64,000 nt of DNA, from the NCBI GenBank assembly GCA_040756235.1, contig JBFLZG010000002.1, forward strand, positions 128,001 to 192,000, given 5' to 3'. The position numbers and the translations under genes were made by a program. The stretch comes from a bacterium (lineage in GTDB: Bacteria; Desulfobacterota; DSWW01). The notes under the pieces were generated by a model. It was not told the origin of the DNA and ran no database searches. It saw only the letters and a list, made by a program, of their open reading frames with translations. How positions within the stretch are numbered: position 1 is the first letter of the stretch; each line of letters opens with the position of its first letter. Below are positions 19,118 through 30,267 of this stretch, piece after piece.

Positions 19118-19659
19118 ACGATCTCCGGCACAAGGCCAAAGCGGTCAGGCTTCTCATCCTCGATGTGGACGGGGTCCTCACGGACGGGAGGGTCTACGTC
19201 GGCTGCTGCGGGGATGAGATGAAGGCCTTTCACATCCGCGATGGATACGCTCTGAAGCTGCTTCAGGCGAGCGGCATCGGCATCGCCTTGCTCTCGGGCA
19301 GGCGGTCGGAGCCGACTCGGGCTCGCGCCGCAGAGTTGGGGATCGATGAAGTCCACGAAGGGGCTTTGGTGAAGCTCCCGGTCTACGAGGACCTCCTGCG
19401 CAGGAGGGGTCTCACCGACGCAGAGGTGGCGTTCATGGGCGACGACCTGATGGATGTTCCCCTGCTGCGGCGAGCCGGCCTCTCGGGCACGGTTGCCGAC
19501 GCCACCCGGGAGGCCAAGGACGCCTCCGACTACGTGGCGCAAGCCCAGGGTGGTGCAGGGGCGGTCCGGGAGTTCGTCGAGCTGATTTTGAAGGCCCAGG
19601 GACTCTGGGACGCCGTCCTCAGAGGGCTGGAAACGGGCGCCCCCGAGGCGTTGCCGTGA
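19114..19659 (+). CDS. kdsC: KDO8P phosphatase (HAD)
   Basis: LDVDGVLTDG, FHIRDG, FMGDDLMD and GAVRE. Confidence 0.95.
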   Translation: MNDLRHKAKAVRLLILDVDGVLTDGRVYVGCCGDEMKAFHIRDGYALKLLQASGIGIALLSGRRSEPTRARAAELGIDEVHEGALVKLPVYEDLLRRRGLTDAEVAFMGDDLMDVPLLRRAGLSGTVADATREAKDASDYVAQAQGGAGAVREFVELILKAQGLWDAVLRGLETGAPEALP

Positions 19660-20639
19660 AGATGGAGCGCGCGGGCGGGACGAGGCGAAAGCTGCGCAAA
19701 TGCTTTCAGAAGAAGAAGAACGACCTCGTCTATCTCCTGGCGTTGGTCGGTCTGTGGCTCTTTCGGAAGATTCCACTGTCGTTGGCTCTGAGAATCGGGG
19801 GTGCCCTGGGTTACGCGGCTTACTACGTTCTGCCCGGAGTGGGTGCCCGAGCGCTCGGGCATCTCTCGCTTGCGCTCTCGGCCGAGACCTCTGCCAAGGA
19901 AAGACGTGGGATCGCCCGGAGGAGTTTTGGAAACCTCGGCAAGAATGCTGCGGAGTTGGTGAATTATCACCGGATCCAGGGTGAGCTGGGCCGGTATGTA
20001 AGCGTTGTCGGCCGGGAGCATCTGGATGGTGCGCTCGCCGGCAATGCGGGTGTCCTTTGGATCGCGGCCCACCTGGGCAATTGGGAGTTGATGGCGTGCT
20101 GCTTGGCTCAGCTGGGCTATCCGATCCATGTCGTTGCCCGTGAAATCTATGACCCGAGACTGAACCGTCTTCTGATGCGATTTCGTTCCGAGGCGGGAGT
20201 CTCCGTGATCCAGCGCGACTCGCCCTCGGCGGCGCGGGAGATTCTCAGGGCGGTGAAGGTTCGGGGGTGCTTGGCGATGCTGATCGACCAGGATACCAAG
20301 GTGAAGGGCGTCATGGCGGATTTTTTCGGTATTCAGGCGAACACGCCGGCGGGGCCTGCACTCCTGGCTTGCCGCCAGTCCATCCCCGTGATCGCAGGAT
20401 GCATCCATCGACTCGCCGGAGGGAAGCACGAAATCGTGATTGCGCCTCCCATCGAGATCGTGCGCACCGGCGATACGGCAGCCGACACCCGGGTGAACAC
20501 CGAACGCTTCAACAAGATCCTGGAAGGTTTCATCCGGCAGTACCCGGATCAATGGGTCTGGATGCACAGGAGATGGAGGCGGAGGAGCCCGTATCAAGCT
20601 CGGCCTTCGAGAAAACCGTCGGGGAGCGTAACCATCTGA
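19656..20639 (+). CDS. Lipid A acyltransferase (LpxL/HtrB family)
   Basis: AHLGNWEL, LIDQD, FFG and YPDQWVWMHRRW. Confidence 0.88.
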   Translation: MKMERAGGTRRKLRKCFQKKKNDLVYLLALVGLWLFRKIPLSLALRIGGALGYAAYYVLPGVGARALGHLSLALSAETSAKERRGIARRSFGNLGKNAAELVNYHRIQGELGRYVSVVGREHLDGALAGNAGVLWIAAHLGNWELMACCLAQLGYPIHVVAREIYDPRLNRLLMRFRSEAGVSVIQRDSPSAAREILRAVKVRGCLAMLIDQDTKVKGVMADFFGIQANTPAGPALLACRQSIPVIAGCIHRLAGGKHEIVIAPPIEIVRTGDTAADTRVNTERFNKILEGFIRQYPDQWVWMHRRWRRRSPYQARPSRKPSGSVTI

Positions 20640-20644
20640 ATTCC

Positions 20645-20674
20645 TTTACTCCCCTGTCCGTTCCCTGGTATACT
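20645..20674 (+). promoter_or_regulatory. Putative promoter for lptCAB-rpoN
   Basis: TTTACT-18 nt-TATACT with extended -10 TG. Confidence 0.5.
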
Positions 20675-20702
20675 CAGGGACGTCCGGGAGGGAAAAAACG
20701 TT

Positions 20703-21263
20703 TTGAAGTTCTTCTTGAGGGCTTTTCTTCTCTTCTTGCTTGCCGGTTTCGGTTGGCTCCTCCACGTCGTAGTCAACGGGACAGGGGAAACGGTCGGCGG
20801 GCCGGAACCCGTGGTCGTCCACCAGGACGAGGACATCGGGGTGCAGGGGGTGCGTTTTTCCGAGTGGAAGCGCGGCAAGCGGGTCTGGATGCTCGATGCG
20901 AAAGAGATGAGATACTATCATACGAAAGGGCGGGCTGACTTCGACCAGGTTTCTGTTTCCTTCCGTGTCTCCTCGGGCCAGGGGCTGGGCATGGAGGCGG
21001 ATTCCGTGCACTATGACACGGCAACGGGAAACCTGACAGCGGAAGGTCGTGTGGTCGGGAGGGACGACCAGGGCTATGAGTTCTTCACTGATACCCTCTC
21101 TTACGACGCAGAGAGCCGGACGGTCGCGACCCGGGATCAAGTTACATTGAAAAAGGACCGACTCACGATAAAAGGTGTCGGCATGCAGGGCGACCTCGAA
21201 CGGAACCGACTCGAGATCCGTTCCGGGGTCCGTGCCCACTTCCTTCCGCCCAATGGCGGCTGA
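20703..21263 (+). CDS. lptC: LPS export protein LptC
   Basis: N-terminal TM, beta-jellyroll pattern (WMLDA, TDTLSYD, IKGVGM); position between kds genes and lptAB. Confidence 0.85.
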   Translation: MKFFLRAFLLFLLAGFGWLLHVVVNGTGETVGGPEPVVVHQDEDIGVQGVRFSEWKRGKRVWMLDAKEMRYYHTKGRADFDQVSVSFRVSSGQGLGMEADSVHYDTATGNLTAEGRVVGRDDQGYEFFTDTLSYDAESRTVATRDQVTLKKDRLTIKGVGMQGDLERNRLEIRSGVRAHFLPPNGG

Positions 21264-21903
21264 CAAGGACCGGCCTCTGTTTGCGGGCGGGGGATGGGAG
21301 AGACGGGTGAGACTCTTTGTGTGGATCTTGCTGGCTTGGTTCGGCTGGCCCCTGCTGTTCTGGACAGGACTTGCTCGCGGGGAGACGCCCTCGCCTGCGC
21401 TCACGAAGGAGTCCCTGAAGGAGGAGTTCGGAGACAAGGAGAATTCGCACCGCAAGGAACCGGTCGATATCGGGTCGAAGCAGATGAGCGTGGACATGGA
21501 GTCCCACACGATCGTTTTCAGAGGAGACGTGCGCGTCCGGCAGGGTGAGTTGCAGTTGCAGGCTCAGGAAGTCACGGCCGTTTTCGGTTCCGACATTCAC
21601 GATATCGTCGAGATCGTCGCCAGGGGAGATGTGAGCGTTCAAAAAGCGGGTCGGTTGGCCTATGGTGAAGAGGCCGTCTATGACCGCAGAAAAGCCACCA
21701 TCGCGCTTACCGGCAAACCTTACCTGAAGGAGGGAGACAACTCCATCTCGGGAGAGAAGATCCTGGTTTGGCTGGATGAGGAACGCATGGAGATCCAGGG
21801 GGACGTCAAAGCGGTGCTCAAACCGGGGAACAGACCGGACGCCTCCGGGCAGGAGAGCTGGAAGGATCGGCTTCCGGACGGACCTGCCATGGGGGCGCCA
21901 TAG
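21253..21903 (+). CDS. lptA: LPS transport periplasmic protein LptA
   Basis: Signal peptide, [22 protein letters not shown] and ISGEKI; start uncertain (21253 or 21307). Confidence 0.88.
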   Translation: MAADKDRPLFAGGGWERRVRLFVWILLAWFGWPLLFWTGLARGETPSPALTKESLKEEFGDKENSHRKEPVDIGSKQMSVDMESHTIVFRGDVRVRQGELQLQAQEVTAVFGSDIHDIVEIVARGDVSVQKAGRLAYGEEAVYDRRKATIALTGKPYLKEGDNSISGEKILVWLDEERMEIQGDVKAVLKPGNRPDASGQESWKDRLPDGPAMGAP

Positions 21904-21913
21904 GGCTCTGAAC

Positions 21914-22636
21914 ATGCACCGTCTCCTGGCTGATTCTCTAACGAAGTCCTACCGCCGGCGCAGGGTGGTCGATGGGGTAACCATCGAAGTCCATGCCGGA
22001 GAGGTGGTCGGTCTGCTGGGACCGAACGGTGCGGGGAAGACGACCACCTTTCACATGATGGTCGGCATCACCCGGCCCGACGAGGGCAGGATCGTGCTGG
22101 ACGGACAGGATATCACCGATCTCCCGATGTACCGGAGAGCGAGGAAGGGGATCAGCTACCTTCCCCAGGAGACATCGGTTTTCCGCAAGCTCACAGTAGA
22201 ACAAAACATTGAGCTGATTCTGGAAACGACATCTTTGAACAAGCAGGAGCGAGAAAGAAGGAGGGAAACGCTCCTGGAGGAGCTGGGAATCCGTCATCTC
22301 AGCAAGAGCAAGGCGTATCTGCTGTCGGGCGGCGAACGCCGACGAGTGGAGATCTGCCGCGCGCGGGTGATGGAGCCCCACATTCTTCTTCTGGACGAGC
22401 CCTTCGCCGGGATCGACCCCATTGCCGTTGCGGATATCCAGAACCTGATCCATGATTTGCGCGACAAGGGAATCGGCATTTTGATCACGGATCACAACGT
22501 TCGGGAGACTCTCGGCATATGTGACAAGGCCTACATTCTCGACAAAGGGGTCGTCCTCGAAGTGGGAACCCGGGAGACCATCGCCTCCAGCAAGAAGGCA
22601 CGGGAAATCTACTTGGGCGAGCAGTTCACTCTGTGA
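21914..22636 (+). CDS. lptB: LPS export ABC transporter ATP-binding protein
   Basis: [39 protein letters not shown] and [10 protein letters not shown]. Confidence 0.97.
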   Translation: MHRLLADSLTKSYRRRRVVDGVTIEVHAGEVVGLLGPNGAGKTTTFHMMVGITRPDEGRIVLDGQDITDLPMYRRARKGISYLPQETSVFRKLTVEQNIELILETTSLNKQERERRRETLLEELGIRHLSKSKAYLLSGGERRRVEICRARVMEPHILLLDEPFAGIDPIAVADIQNLIHDLRDKGIGILITDHNVRETLGICDKAYILDKGVVLEVGTRETIASSKKAREIYLGEQFTL

Positions 22637-22686
22637 AAAAGAGAGAAGGGCCGGAAGAGTTCCGGCGGAGGAAATCAGGGTGAGAG

Positions 22687-24117
22687 ATGGCTTTTGAATT
22701 GAAGCAAAGCATGAAGCTGGTCCAGCAGCTGGTCATGACGCCCCAGTTGCAGCAGGCCATCAAATTGCTCCAGCTGTCCCGCATGGAGCTCGTGAATCTC
22801 ACCAACCAGGAACTGCAGGAAAATCCGGTCCTCGAAGAAGGCTCGGTCGAGGAAGTAGAGCGGTCACAGGTGCAGGAGGAGCCTGCGGAGAAGGGCAACG
22901 ACAGGCCGGAGGAAGTCAAAGGCGGCGCGGACGCCCTGAAGGAAATCAACTGGGATGAGTACATGCAGAACTACGAGTACTATCCCAGGGCCCCCCATCA
23001 GGGCGAAGAGAAAGGCCGCGGTTACGAGGCCACGCTGAGCAAGAAGACCTCGCTGGGCGATCATCTTTTGTGGCAGGTCCGGCTCAGTCATTTCAGTAAA
23101 GAGGAGAAGACGGCTGCGGAGATGATCGTCGGCAATCTGAACGAGGACGGGTACCTGGATTGCCCTCTGGAGGAAATTTCGCAGGCCTGTCAGATGGACC
23201 TGGCTCTGGTCGAGAAAGTGCTCAGCCGGATCCAGGACTGCGATCCCATCGGCGTGGCCGCAAGGGATCTGCAGGAGTGCCTCATCCTGCAGGCCAGGAA
23301 GCTCGGCGTCGGCAACACGATCGTGGAGACCATTCTGCGGGAGCATCTGGGGAACCTCGAGAAGAAACGCTACGATCAGATTGCCAAGAGGCTGGGGGTC
23401 GGACTGGAAGAGGTCCTGGCCGCCGTCCGCGTGATCGTCAACCTCGAGCCCAGACCCGGCAGATCGTTCACGGGTGAAGAGCCTCTCTACATCACTCCCG
23501 ATGTGCACGTGTACAAGATCGATGACGAGTATGTGGTCGTGCTCAACGAGGACGGGCTCCCGAAGCTGAGGATCAGCTCCTACTACAAGGGCATCCTCTC
23601 GGGCTGGGAGGGAACTTCGGACAGCACCAAGGAGTACATCCAGGAGAAGCTGCGATCGGCGGCCTGGTTGATCAAGAGCATCCACCAGAGACAGCGAACC
23701 ATCTATAAGGTGGCCTGCAGCATCGTCAAATTCCAGAGGGAGTTCCTGGATAAGGGCATCGCTTACCTGAAACCTCTGGTTCTGCGGGATGTGGCGGAAG
23801 ACATCAGCATGCATGAGTCGACGATCAGCCGGGTCACCACCAACAAGTACATGCACACGCCCCAGGGCATCCTGGAGATGAAATACTTTTTCAAGAGCAG
23901 CATTCCCCAGCGAGCGGGAGACAAGATCTCCTCGGAGACGGTGAAAGAGAGAATCCGCCAGATGATTGCGCAGGAGGATCCGCAGGCGCCGATCAGCGAT
24001 CAGGAGATCGTGGGTCTGTTGAAGTCCTCGAACATCGAAATCGCACGGAGGACGGTTGCCAAGTACCGGGAGAGCCTGAGCATCCTGCCGTCGGTCAAGC
24101 GGAAAAGGTTCTTCTAG
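22687..24117 (+). CDS. rpoN: RNA polymerase sigma-54 factor
   Basis: MTPQLQQAIKLLQL, HESTISR and RpoN box ARRTVAKYRE. Confidence 0.98.
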   Translation: MAFELKQSMKLVQQLVMTPQLQQAIKLLQLSRMELVNLTNQELQENPVLEEGSVEEVERSQVQEEPAEKGNDRPEEVKGGADALKEINWDEYMQNYEYYPRAPHQGEEKGRGYEATLSKKTSLGDHLLWQVRLSHFSKEEKTAAEMIVGNLNEDGYLDCPLEEISQACQMDLALVEKVLSRIQDCDPIGVAARDLQECLILQARKLGVGNTIVETILREHLGNLEKKRYDQIAKRLGVGLEEVLAAVRVIVNLEPRPGRSFTGEEPLYITPDVHVYKIDDEYVVVLNEDGLPKLRISSYYKGILSGWEGTSDSTKEYIQEKLRSAAWLIKSIHQRQRTIYKVACSIVKFQREFLDKGIAYLKPLVLRDVAEDISMHESTISRVTTNKYMHTPQGILEMKYFFKSSIPQRAGDKISSETVKERIRQMIAQEDPQAPISDQEIVGLLKSSNIEIARRTVAKYRESLSILPSVKRKRFF

Positions 24118-24179
24118 ATCCGGGACGTGAAGGGCGGCTGGACGGAGTCCCCCGCGTCCACAACAGAAAGGAATCCGGC

Positions 24180-24719
24180 ATGCAAGTCTCGGTCACATTC
24201 CGCCACATGGAGGCCTCAGAAGCGGTCAAAGAATATGCACGGGCGAAGATTTCCAAGATCAACAAGTACCTCTATCACCCCGCCGAAGTGGACATCGTTC
24301 TGGAGAGAGAGAAACACCGCGTCATCGCGGAGATCACCCTCGTGAGCCAGCGTGGTTCGTTGAAAGGGCAAGAAGAGACCGAGGACGTGTACTCGGCGAT
24401 CGACCTGGTCGTGGACAAGGTCGAACGACAACTGGTCAAACGAAAGGAAAAGATGAAAAGGCACAAGAGCGGCCCCGGGGACGGGGACCTCGGCGCGTCC
24501 GGCGAGCCGGCTCCAGAGGCAGAGGTAGGCGAGATGCCGAGGATCGTGGAGACCAAGAGCTTTTCGGTAAAACCGATGTCGTTGGATGAAGCCACGATGC
24601 AGATGAGGCTTTCCGGGGAGGAGGTCTTCGTTTTCACCAACGCCTCGTCCGGGGAAGTCAATGTGCTCTATGAGGTCGAAAACGGCGGCTACGGGATGAT
24701 TATCCCGGGCAGGGAATAG
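24180..24719 (+). CDS. hpf: Ribosome hibernation promoting factor (long form)
   Basis: VTFRH, DVYSAIDLVVDKVERQL and C-terminal KPMSLDEA domain. Confidence 0.93.
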   Translation: MQVSVTFRHMEASEAVKEYARAKISKINKYLYHPAEVDIVLEREKHRVIAEITLVSQRGSLKGQEETEDVYSAIDLVVDKVERQLVKRKEKMKRHKSGPGDGDLGASGEPAPEAEVGEMPRIVETKSFSVKPMSLDEATMQMRLSGEEVFVFTNASSGEVNVLYEVENGGYGMIIPGRE

Positions 24720-24795
24720 ACGTAGCGGTGGTGTTTGCGAGGAAGCGGGGGTGAGGGGGCGGGACCGGAGCCGGACTGGAGGATGATCGTTCGAA

Positions 24796-25293
24796 ATGAA
24801 GGTATCGGATTTTTTGGATTCCAGAGCCGTAGTGGATTTGAGGGCGACCAACAAGAAGGAGGTTCTCGAAGAACTCTGCAATGCTTTGATCTCGCTGCAC
24901 CCGAGTCTGGATCGGACCCGGATGGTGGGAATCCTGCTGGATCGCGAGAGACTGGGCAGCACCGGAGTCGGAGAAGGCGTGGCGATCCCGCATGGCAAGC
25001 TGAGCGAGCTGACCCATCTGATCGCCTGTTTCGGAAGGAGCTCTCAGGGGCTGGAGTTTCAGGCCGTGGACCGCAAACCGGTCCACTTGTTCTTCCTGCT
25101 CTTCGCCCCGGAGAACTCCGCCGGAACCCATCTCAAGGCGCTGGCGAAGATATCTCGTCTGTTGAAACGGCCCAACCTGCGGGAAGCCCTCATGGCTGCG
25201 CTTTCCGTCAAAGAAGTCTTTTCTATCCTGACGCAGGAGGACGCCGAGGAAGCTGCAGGCTCTGCGGGTTCGTCTTCGGGGCCGTCTTCCTAG
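24796..25293 (+). CDS. ptsN: PTS EIIA nitrogen-regulatory-type protein
   Basis: RERLGSTGVGEGVAIPHGK and HLKALAKISR. Confidence 0.9.
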   Translation: MKVSDFLDSRAVVDLRATNKKEVLEELCNALISLHPSLDRTRMVGILLDRERLGSTGVGEGVAIPHGKLSELTHLIACFGRSSQGLEFQAVDRKPVHLFFLLFAPENSAGTHLKALAKISRLLKRPNLREALMAALSVKEVFSILTQEDAEEAAGSAGSSSGPSS

Positions 25294-25301
25294 TAAGGTC
25301 G

Positions 25302-26153
25302 ATGCATCTGCTCGTCATCACCGGGCTCTCCGGCTCCGGAAAGACGTCCGCCATCCATGCCTTGGAAGACGCGGGATATTTTTGCGTCGACAACCTGCCG
25401 ATCCTACTGCTTCCGGGCCTGGTCCAATTGCTGCGCTCCGCAAAGGAGCCGATGGAGCGGCTTGCAGTGGTGATGGACGTGCGGGAAGGGGGATTTCTGA
25501 GGGAGTACGGAAGGGTCTTTCGGGAGTTGACCGAGGGGGGAATCAAGCCGGAGATCGTCTTCCTCGAGGCGCCCACGGAAGTCCTGCTCCGGCGCTTCGA
25601 GGAGACGTGCAGGCCGCACCCTCTGGCCGGCGAGCGGACCCTGCTGGACGCGATCGAGTGGGAGAGACGGCAGTTGGCAGGCCTGCGGGAAACCGCTGAT
25701 CGGGTGATGGATACTTCTTCGTACAACATTCACGAGCTCAGGCGCAGCTTGAGGGAGCTTTACTGCGGGACGGGAAGACCCACGGGGCAGTTCCAGGTCG
25801 AGCTGATTTCGTTCAGCTACGCCAAGGGGATCCCGCCGCAAGTGGACATGGTTCTGGATGCCCGCTTCCTGCCCAACCCGCACTACGACCCGGAGTTGAA
25901 AGAGCGAGACGGGCGCGATGCCGAGGTGCGGCGCTACGTCGAGCGGGACGCCGAGGCCAGCAAGATTCTCCGGAAGCTGCTGGAGATCGTCGAGGAAATG
26001 ATGGCTTTCTATGCCCGGTCGGACAGGGCCTATTTCGTCCTGGGCGTCGGGTGCACGGGTGGGCGGCATCGTTCCGTGAGCGTTGTCGCCAGACTGGAAG
26101 AGCGCTTGAAGGCCCTCGGGTACAGGCTGACGCGGACGGACCGGGACCTTTGA
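25302..26153 (+). CDS. rapZ: RNase adapter / P-loop ATPase RapZ (YvcJ)
   Basis: TGLSGSGKT, CVDNLP, DARFLPNP and GCTGGRHRSV. Confidence 0.95.
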   Translation: MHLLVITGLSGSGKTSAIHALEDAGYFCVDNLPILLLPGLVQLLRSAKEPMERLAVVMDVREGGFLREYGRVFRELTEGGIKPEIVFLEAPTEVLLRRFEETCRPHPLAGERTLLDAIEWERRQLAGLRETADRVMDTSSYNIHELRRSLRELYCGTGRPTGQFQVELISFSYAKGIPPQVDMVLDARFLPNPHYDPELKERDGRDAEVRRYVERDAEASKILRKLLEIVEEMMAFYARSDRAYFVLGVGCTGGRHRSVSVVARLEERLKALGYRLTRTDRDL

Positions 26154-26209
26154 GGGCGGGCGCAAGCCAAGGCCGCGGGCTGCTCGCGGGTACCGGCGGA
26201 AACTGAAAC

Positions 26210-26641
26210 ATGGTCAGTGTCTTACTTATTTCCCATGGCAACATCGGCCACTCTTTCCTGGAAGCCGCGCGACAGATTCTGGGCGACGTGGAGCAGGTGA
26301 GGGCCGTCTCGATCGGGCCTTCCGCAGAGGGACCCCAGGTCCTTCAGGAGATCGAACGAGCCCGGAGGGATCTGGATCAGGGCGACGGGGTGCTGATCGT
26401 GACCGACATGTTCGGCGGCACTCCGTCCAACATCTCGTTCTCCATGGTGGAGCAATCCCAGGTCGAGATCCTGACCGGTCTGAATCTGGCGATGCTGCTC
26501 AAGATCCTGTCGTGCAGGAAGAGTGCGCGCCTCGGCGAGCTTGCCCGAACCGCCCTGGAATGCGGTCGCGAGAGCATTTGCCTGGGCCGGGAGATCCTCG
26601 GGAAAGAGTTGCCAGGAGCCGAAAGCAGGGGACCGAAATAG
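26210..26641 (+). CDS. PTS mannose-type EIIA component
   Basis: ISHG, TDMFGGTPSN and GLNLAML. Confidence 0.9.
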   Translation: MVSVLLISHGNIGHSFLEAARQILGDVEQVRAVSIGPSAEGPQVLQEIERARRDLDQGDGVLIVTDMFGGTPSNISFSMVEQSQVEILTGLNLAMLLKILSCRKSARLGELARTALECGRESICLGREILGKELPGAESRGPK

Positions 26642-26668
26642 AACCTGTCATGGGAGGCTCTGTTTCAG

Positions 26669-26752
26669 CGGCCGTTCAAGAATGCCCGGATGCAGGACAG
26701 GCCAGGAGGGGGACCCGTGCGGCCTCCGCAGATCGGCGCTTTGCGGCAGCCG
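26669..26752. repeat. MITE-like element with imperfect terminal inverted repeats
   Basis: Left CGGCCGTTCAAGAATGCCCGGATGC; right end in reverse complement CGGCTGCCGCAAAGCGCCGATCTGCGG, 20/26 identical to 8256-8281. Confidence 0.5.
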
Positions 26753-26781
26753 GAACGGGGAAACGCAGGGATGAGCCCAGG

Positions 26782-27048
26782 ATGATCGCGAAGGATTTCA
26801 CCATCAGCAACCGGCTGGGCATCCACGCCAGGCCCGCGGCGCTGTTCGCCAAGGCGGCCAGCCGGTTCCAGAGTGACATTCGAGTGATCAAGGATGGTCT
26901 GGAGATCAACGGCAAGTCCATCATGGGGATCATGATGCTGGCCGCCGCTCAGGGGAACACGATCACCATCCGCGCCGATGGAGCGGACGAGGAGGCTGCC
27001 ATTCGGACGTTGGAGAATCTTCTGGAAAACCGGTTCGGAGAGGAATGA
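26782..27048 (+). CDS. ptsH: Phosphocarrier protein HPr
   Basis: GIHARPAA (His15) and NGKSIMGIMML (Ser46). Confidence 0.95.
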   Translation: MIAKDFTISNRLGIHARPAALFAKAASRFQSDIRVIKDGLEINGKSIMGIMMLAAAQGNTITIRADGADEEAAIRTLENLLENRFGEE

Positions 27049-28847
27049 ACGTGGCGAGGGCGAGGGAAAAGAGGATCTGGGGAATCGGTGCTTCTCCGGG
27101 TATTGCGGAGGGCAAGGCGTATCTGCTCACCAGGACCAGGGCGAAGTTCAACAAACGGTACGTGACCCGCGAGCACGTGGACCGGGAGATCAAGCGGGTG
27201 CGGGAGGCGCTGGAGAAATCGAAGACGGACCTCCGCAAGATCAAGGAGACCCTGACCCATGAAGCTGTCCACGATCATATCTTCATCCTCGAGTCCCACC
27301 TCATGATCCTCGAAGACCCCATGCTCCTGGACGCCGTGTCCGACACCATCGCGACCGAGCGCAAGAACGCGGAGTGGGCGCTGATCAGCACCTTCGACGG
27401 GCTCAAGAGGAGCTTCAACGGAAGTGAGAACGAATACCTGAGGGAACGAAAGTCCGACTTCGACTATCTGTGCAGCTGGATCCTGAAGCATTTGGGCGGA
27501 CGGTCGGAGGAGTCTCTGCGGCTCATCAAAGATCGGGTGATCGTCGTCTCTCATTATCTCTCGCCGGCCGACGCGGCTCAGATGGATCGGGAGAAGGTGC
27601 TGGCGTTTGTCACGGACATCGGCGGAAAGACTTCCCACACCGCCATTCTGGCGCGCGCGATGAAGATCCCTGCCGTGGTCGGCGCGGAAAAGGCCACTCA
27701 GGAAATCCAGGCGGGCGACCGCATCATCCTGGACGGGATGGAGGGGCTGGTGGTCGTCAACCCGACCCGGGAGACGCTCGAGCAAAGCCGCAAGCGCAAG
27801 ACCCGATACGGCAACCTGGAGAGGAATCTCCTGAAGGAGAGAGAGCTGCCGGCCGAGACGCTGGAGGGACGGCGGATCCAGCTGACGGCCAACATCGAGA
27901 TGGCGGAAGAGGCCAACTCGGTTCTGGAATACGGGGCGGAAGGCATCGGGCTCTATCGAACCGAGTTCCTCTGCCTGAGCCAGGGCAAGATACCGACCGA
28001 GGAGGAGCATTTTTCGGTCTACCGAAGCGTGGTGGAAAGGGTGGCGCCGCACCCGGTCAACATCCGTACCTTCGACTTCGGTTCCGACAAGTCTCCGAAC
28101 GTTTACTCGCTACGGCAGGAGAGCAACCCCGCGCTCGGATTGAGGTCGATCCGATACTGTCTGAAGGAAGTCGGGATCTTCAAGGATCAGCTGCGGGGCA
28201 TCTTGCGCGCCAGTCACTACGGCAGGGTCCGGATCCTCTTCCCCATGGTATCCGGCCTGTGGGAGCTGCAAAGGGCCAAGGAGATCTACCGGGAAGCCAA
28301 AGAGGAAGTGAAGCGCAAAGGCTTCCCGTTCGATCCGAAGGTGGAAATCGGGATCATGGTGGAGGTCCCGTCGGCCGCTCTGATCGCCGACGTGCTGGCC
28401 CGGGAGGTCGATTTCTTCAGCGTGGGGACCAACGATCTCATCCAGTACTGCATGGCGATCGATCGGGTCAACAAGGAGGTGGCCTATCTGTATGAGCCGC
28501 TGCATCCCTCCATTCTAAGAATCCTGAAGTTCGTCGTAGAAGCCGGACGCGCCGCAGGCATCCACGTCGGGATGTGCGGGGAGATGGCGTCCGATCCTCG
28601 GTACATCTTCGTTCTGCTGGGGTTCGGGTTCGACCAGCTCAGCATGGTGAGCTCCATGGTCCCCTGGGTCAAACGGATCATACGCTCCTCCCGCTATGAG
28701 GAAGCCCGGGCTCTGGTCGAGTCCATGTTGCAGAGCAGCCACGGCAAAGAGAACGAGAAGCTCCTGTCCGACTGGATGCGTGATCGCTTCCCCGAAGCGC
28801 CCGAGGTGACGCTTTACGGCTACCATGAACATACGTCGAGCGGATGA
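27045..28847 (+). CDS. ptsI: PEP-protein phosphotransferase (Enzyme I)
   Basis: [41 protein letters not shown] and CGEMA. Confidence 0.96.
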   Translation: MNVARAREKRIWGIGASPGIAEGKAYLLTRTRAKFNKRYVTREHVDREIKRVREALEKSKTDLRKIKETLTHEAVHDHIFILESHLMILEDPMLLDAVSDTIATERKNAEWALISTFDGLKRSFNGSENEYLRERKSDFDYLCSWILKHLGGRSEESLRLIKDRVIVVSHYLSPADAAQMDREKVLAFVTDIGGKTSHTAILARAMKIPAVVGAEKATQEIQAGDRIILDGMEGLVVVNPTRETLEQSRKRKTRYGNLERNLLKERELPAETLEGRRIQLTANIEMAEEANSVLEYGAEGIGLYRTEFLCLSQGKIPTEEEHFSVYRSVVERVAPHPVNIRTFDFGSDKSPNVYSLRQESNPALGLRSIRYCLKEVGIFKDQLRGILRASHYGRVRILFPMVSGLWELQRAKEIYREAKEEVKRKGFPFDPKVEIGIMVEVPSAALIADVLAREVDFFSVGTNDLIQYCMAIDRVNKEVAYLYEPLHPSILRILKFVVEAGRAAGIHVGMCGEMASDPRYIFVLLGFGFDQLSMVSSMVPWVKRIIRSSRYEEARALVESMLQSSHGKENEKLLSDWMRDRFPEAPEVTLYGYHEHTSSG

Positions 28848-28938
28848 GGCGGAGGCCTCCGCGTCGAAGTTTTGCGTCGAGACGAAGCAGGCAGAGGGTG
28901 CGACATCCAGAACCGCAGCAGGGAAAAGGAAGGTCCAG

Positions 28939-30195
28939 ATGAACTACGACGTCCGCGACATCGGCCTTGCAGACAAGGGGAGACTGCGCATCGACTGGGC
29001 CAACCGCAGCATGCCGGTCCTGAATCTGATCCGCCAGGAGTTGGTGGCCGGCAAGCCGTTGGCCGGCTTGCGGCTCGCAGCCTGTCTGCACGTTACCACC
29101 GAGACGGCCAGCCTGTTGGATACGCTCAAGTCCGGAGGCGCCGAGGTGGTGGTGTGCGCGTCCAACCCGCTCAGCACCCAGGACGATGTCGCCGCCTCGC
29201 TGGTCCGAGATTCCGCGATCCCGGTGTTCGCCATTCGCGGAGAGGATTCGAAGACTTATTACGAGCACATCCGAGCCGCCCTGGATTTCAGGCCGCACGT
29301 AACGATGGACGACGGGGCGGATCTCGTCTCCACCATTCACAAGGAACGGCGGGATCTGGTGAGCGAGATCGTCGGGGGCACCGAGGAAACGAGCACCGGC
29401 GTGATCCGCTTGAAGAGCATGGACGAAAAGGGAGTGCTGCTGTATCCGATCATCGCGGTCAACGATGCCATGACCAAGCACCTTTTCGATAATCGCTACG
29501 GGACCGGCCAAAGCACGATCGACGGGATTCTGCGCGCCACGAACCGACTGCTCGCGGGCTCCGTGTTCGTCGTGTGCGGCTACGGCTGGTGCGGGCGCGG
29601 GATCGCGATGCGGGCTCGCGGAATGGGGGCCAGCGTCATCGTGACGGAGGTGGATCCGCTGCGGGCCTTGGAAGCCGTGATGGACGGCTACCGGGTCCTT
29701 CCCATGGCCGAGGCAGCCGGCCAGGGCGATTTCTTCTGCACGGTGACCGGCGACATCCGCGTCATCCGCAAGGAGCATTTCCTCCTGATGAAGGACGGCG
29801 CCATGGTCTGCAATTCAGGCCACTTCAACGTGGAAGTGGACCTCCAGGGACTCCAGGAGATTCAGGTGTCGAATCGGCAGGTCCGGGACCACGTGCACGA
29901 GTATACGTTGACCAACAATCGCAGGATCCATGTGCTGGGGGAGGGCCGTCTGCTGAACTTGGTCGCCGCCGAGGGACATCCGTCGAGCGTGATGGACATG
30001 AGCTTCGCGAACCAGGCCTTGTGCACCGCCTACCTGGCCACCCACGGGAAAGAGCTGGAGAAGAAGGTCTACGGTGTTCCCACGGAGATCGATCAACGCG
30101 TGGCCCGACTGAAGCTCGAGTCGATGGGTGTCCGGGTCGATCGTCTCACGGAAGAACAGCAATCCTACCTCGCTTCCTGGGAGTCGGGGACCTGA
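28939..30195 (+). CDS. ahcY: Adenosylhomocysteinase
   Basis: [45 protein letters not shown] and [11 protein letters not shown]. Confidence 0.97.
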   Translation: MNYDVRDIGLADKGRLRIDWANRSMPVLNLIRQELVAGKPLAGLRLAACLHVTTETASLLDTLKSGGAEVVVCASNPLSTQDDVAASLVRDSAIPVFAIRGEDSKTYYEHIRAALDFRPHVTMDDGADLVSTIHKERRDLVSEIVGGTEETSTGVIRLKSMDEKGVLLYPIIAVNDAMTKHLFDNRYGTGQSTIDGILRATNRLLAGSVFVVCGYGWCGRGIAMRARGMGASVIVTEVDPLRALEAVMDGYRVLPMAEAAGQGDFFCTVTGDIRVIRKEHFLLMKDGAMVCNSGHFNVEVDLQGLQEIQVSNRQVRDHVHEYTLTNNRRIHVLGEGRLLNLVAAEGHPSSVMDMSFANQALCTAYLATHGKELEKKVYGVPTEIDQRVARLKLESMGVRVDRLTEEQQSYLASWESGT

Positions 30196-30267
30196 CCGGG
30201 CCCTGTTTCCGAGAGCGGCCATCCTTCTGCGTCCCCCTTCCGGCAAACGGGCTCCATGGAGGCAGGC

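Noticed and set aside
28848..28938. Possible SAH/SAM riboswitch before ahcY; perfect palindrome GCGGAGGCCTCCGC at 28849-28862
   Set aside because: No recognisable riboswitch core motifs; one GC palindrome is weak evidence in GC-rich DNA
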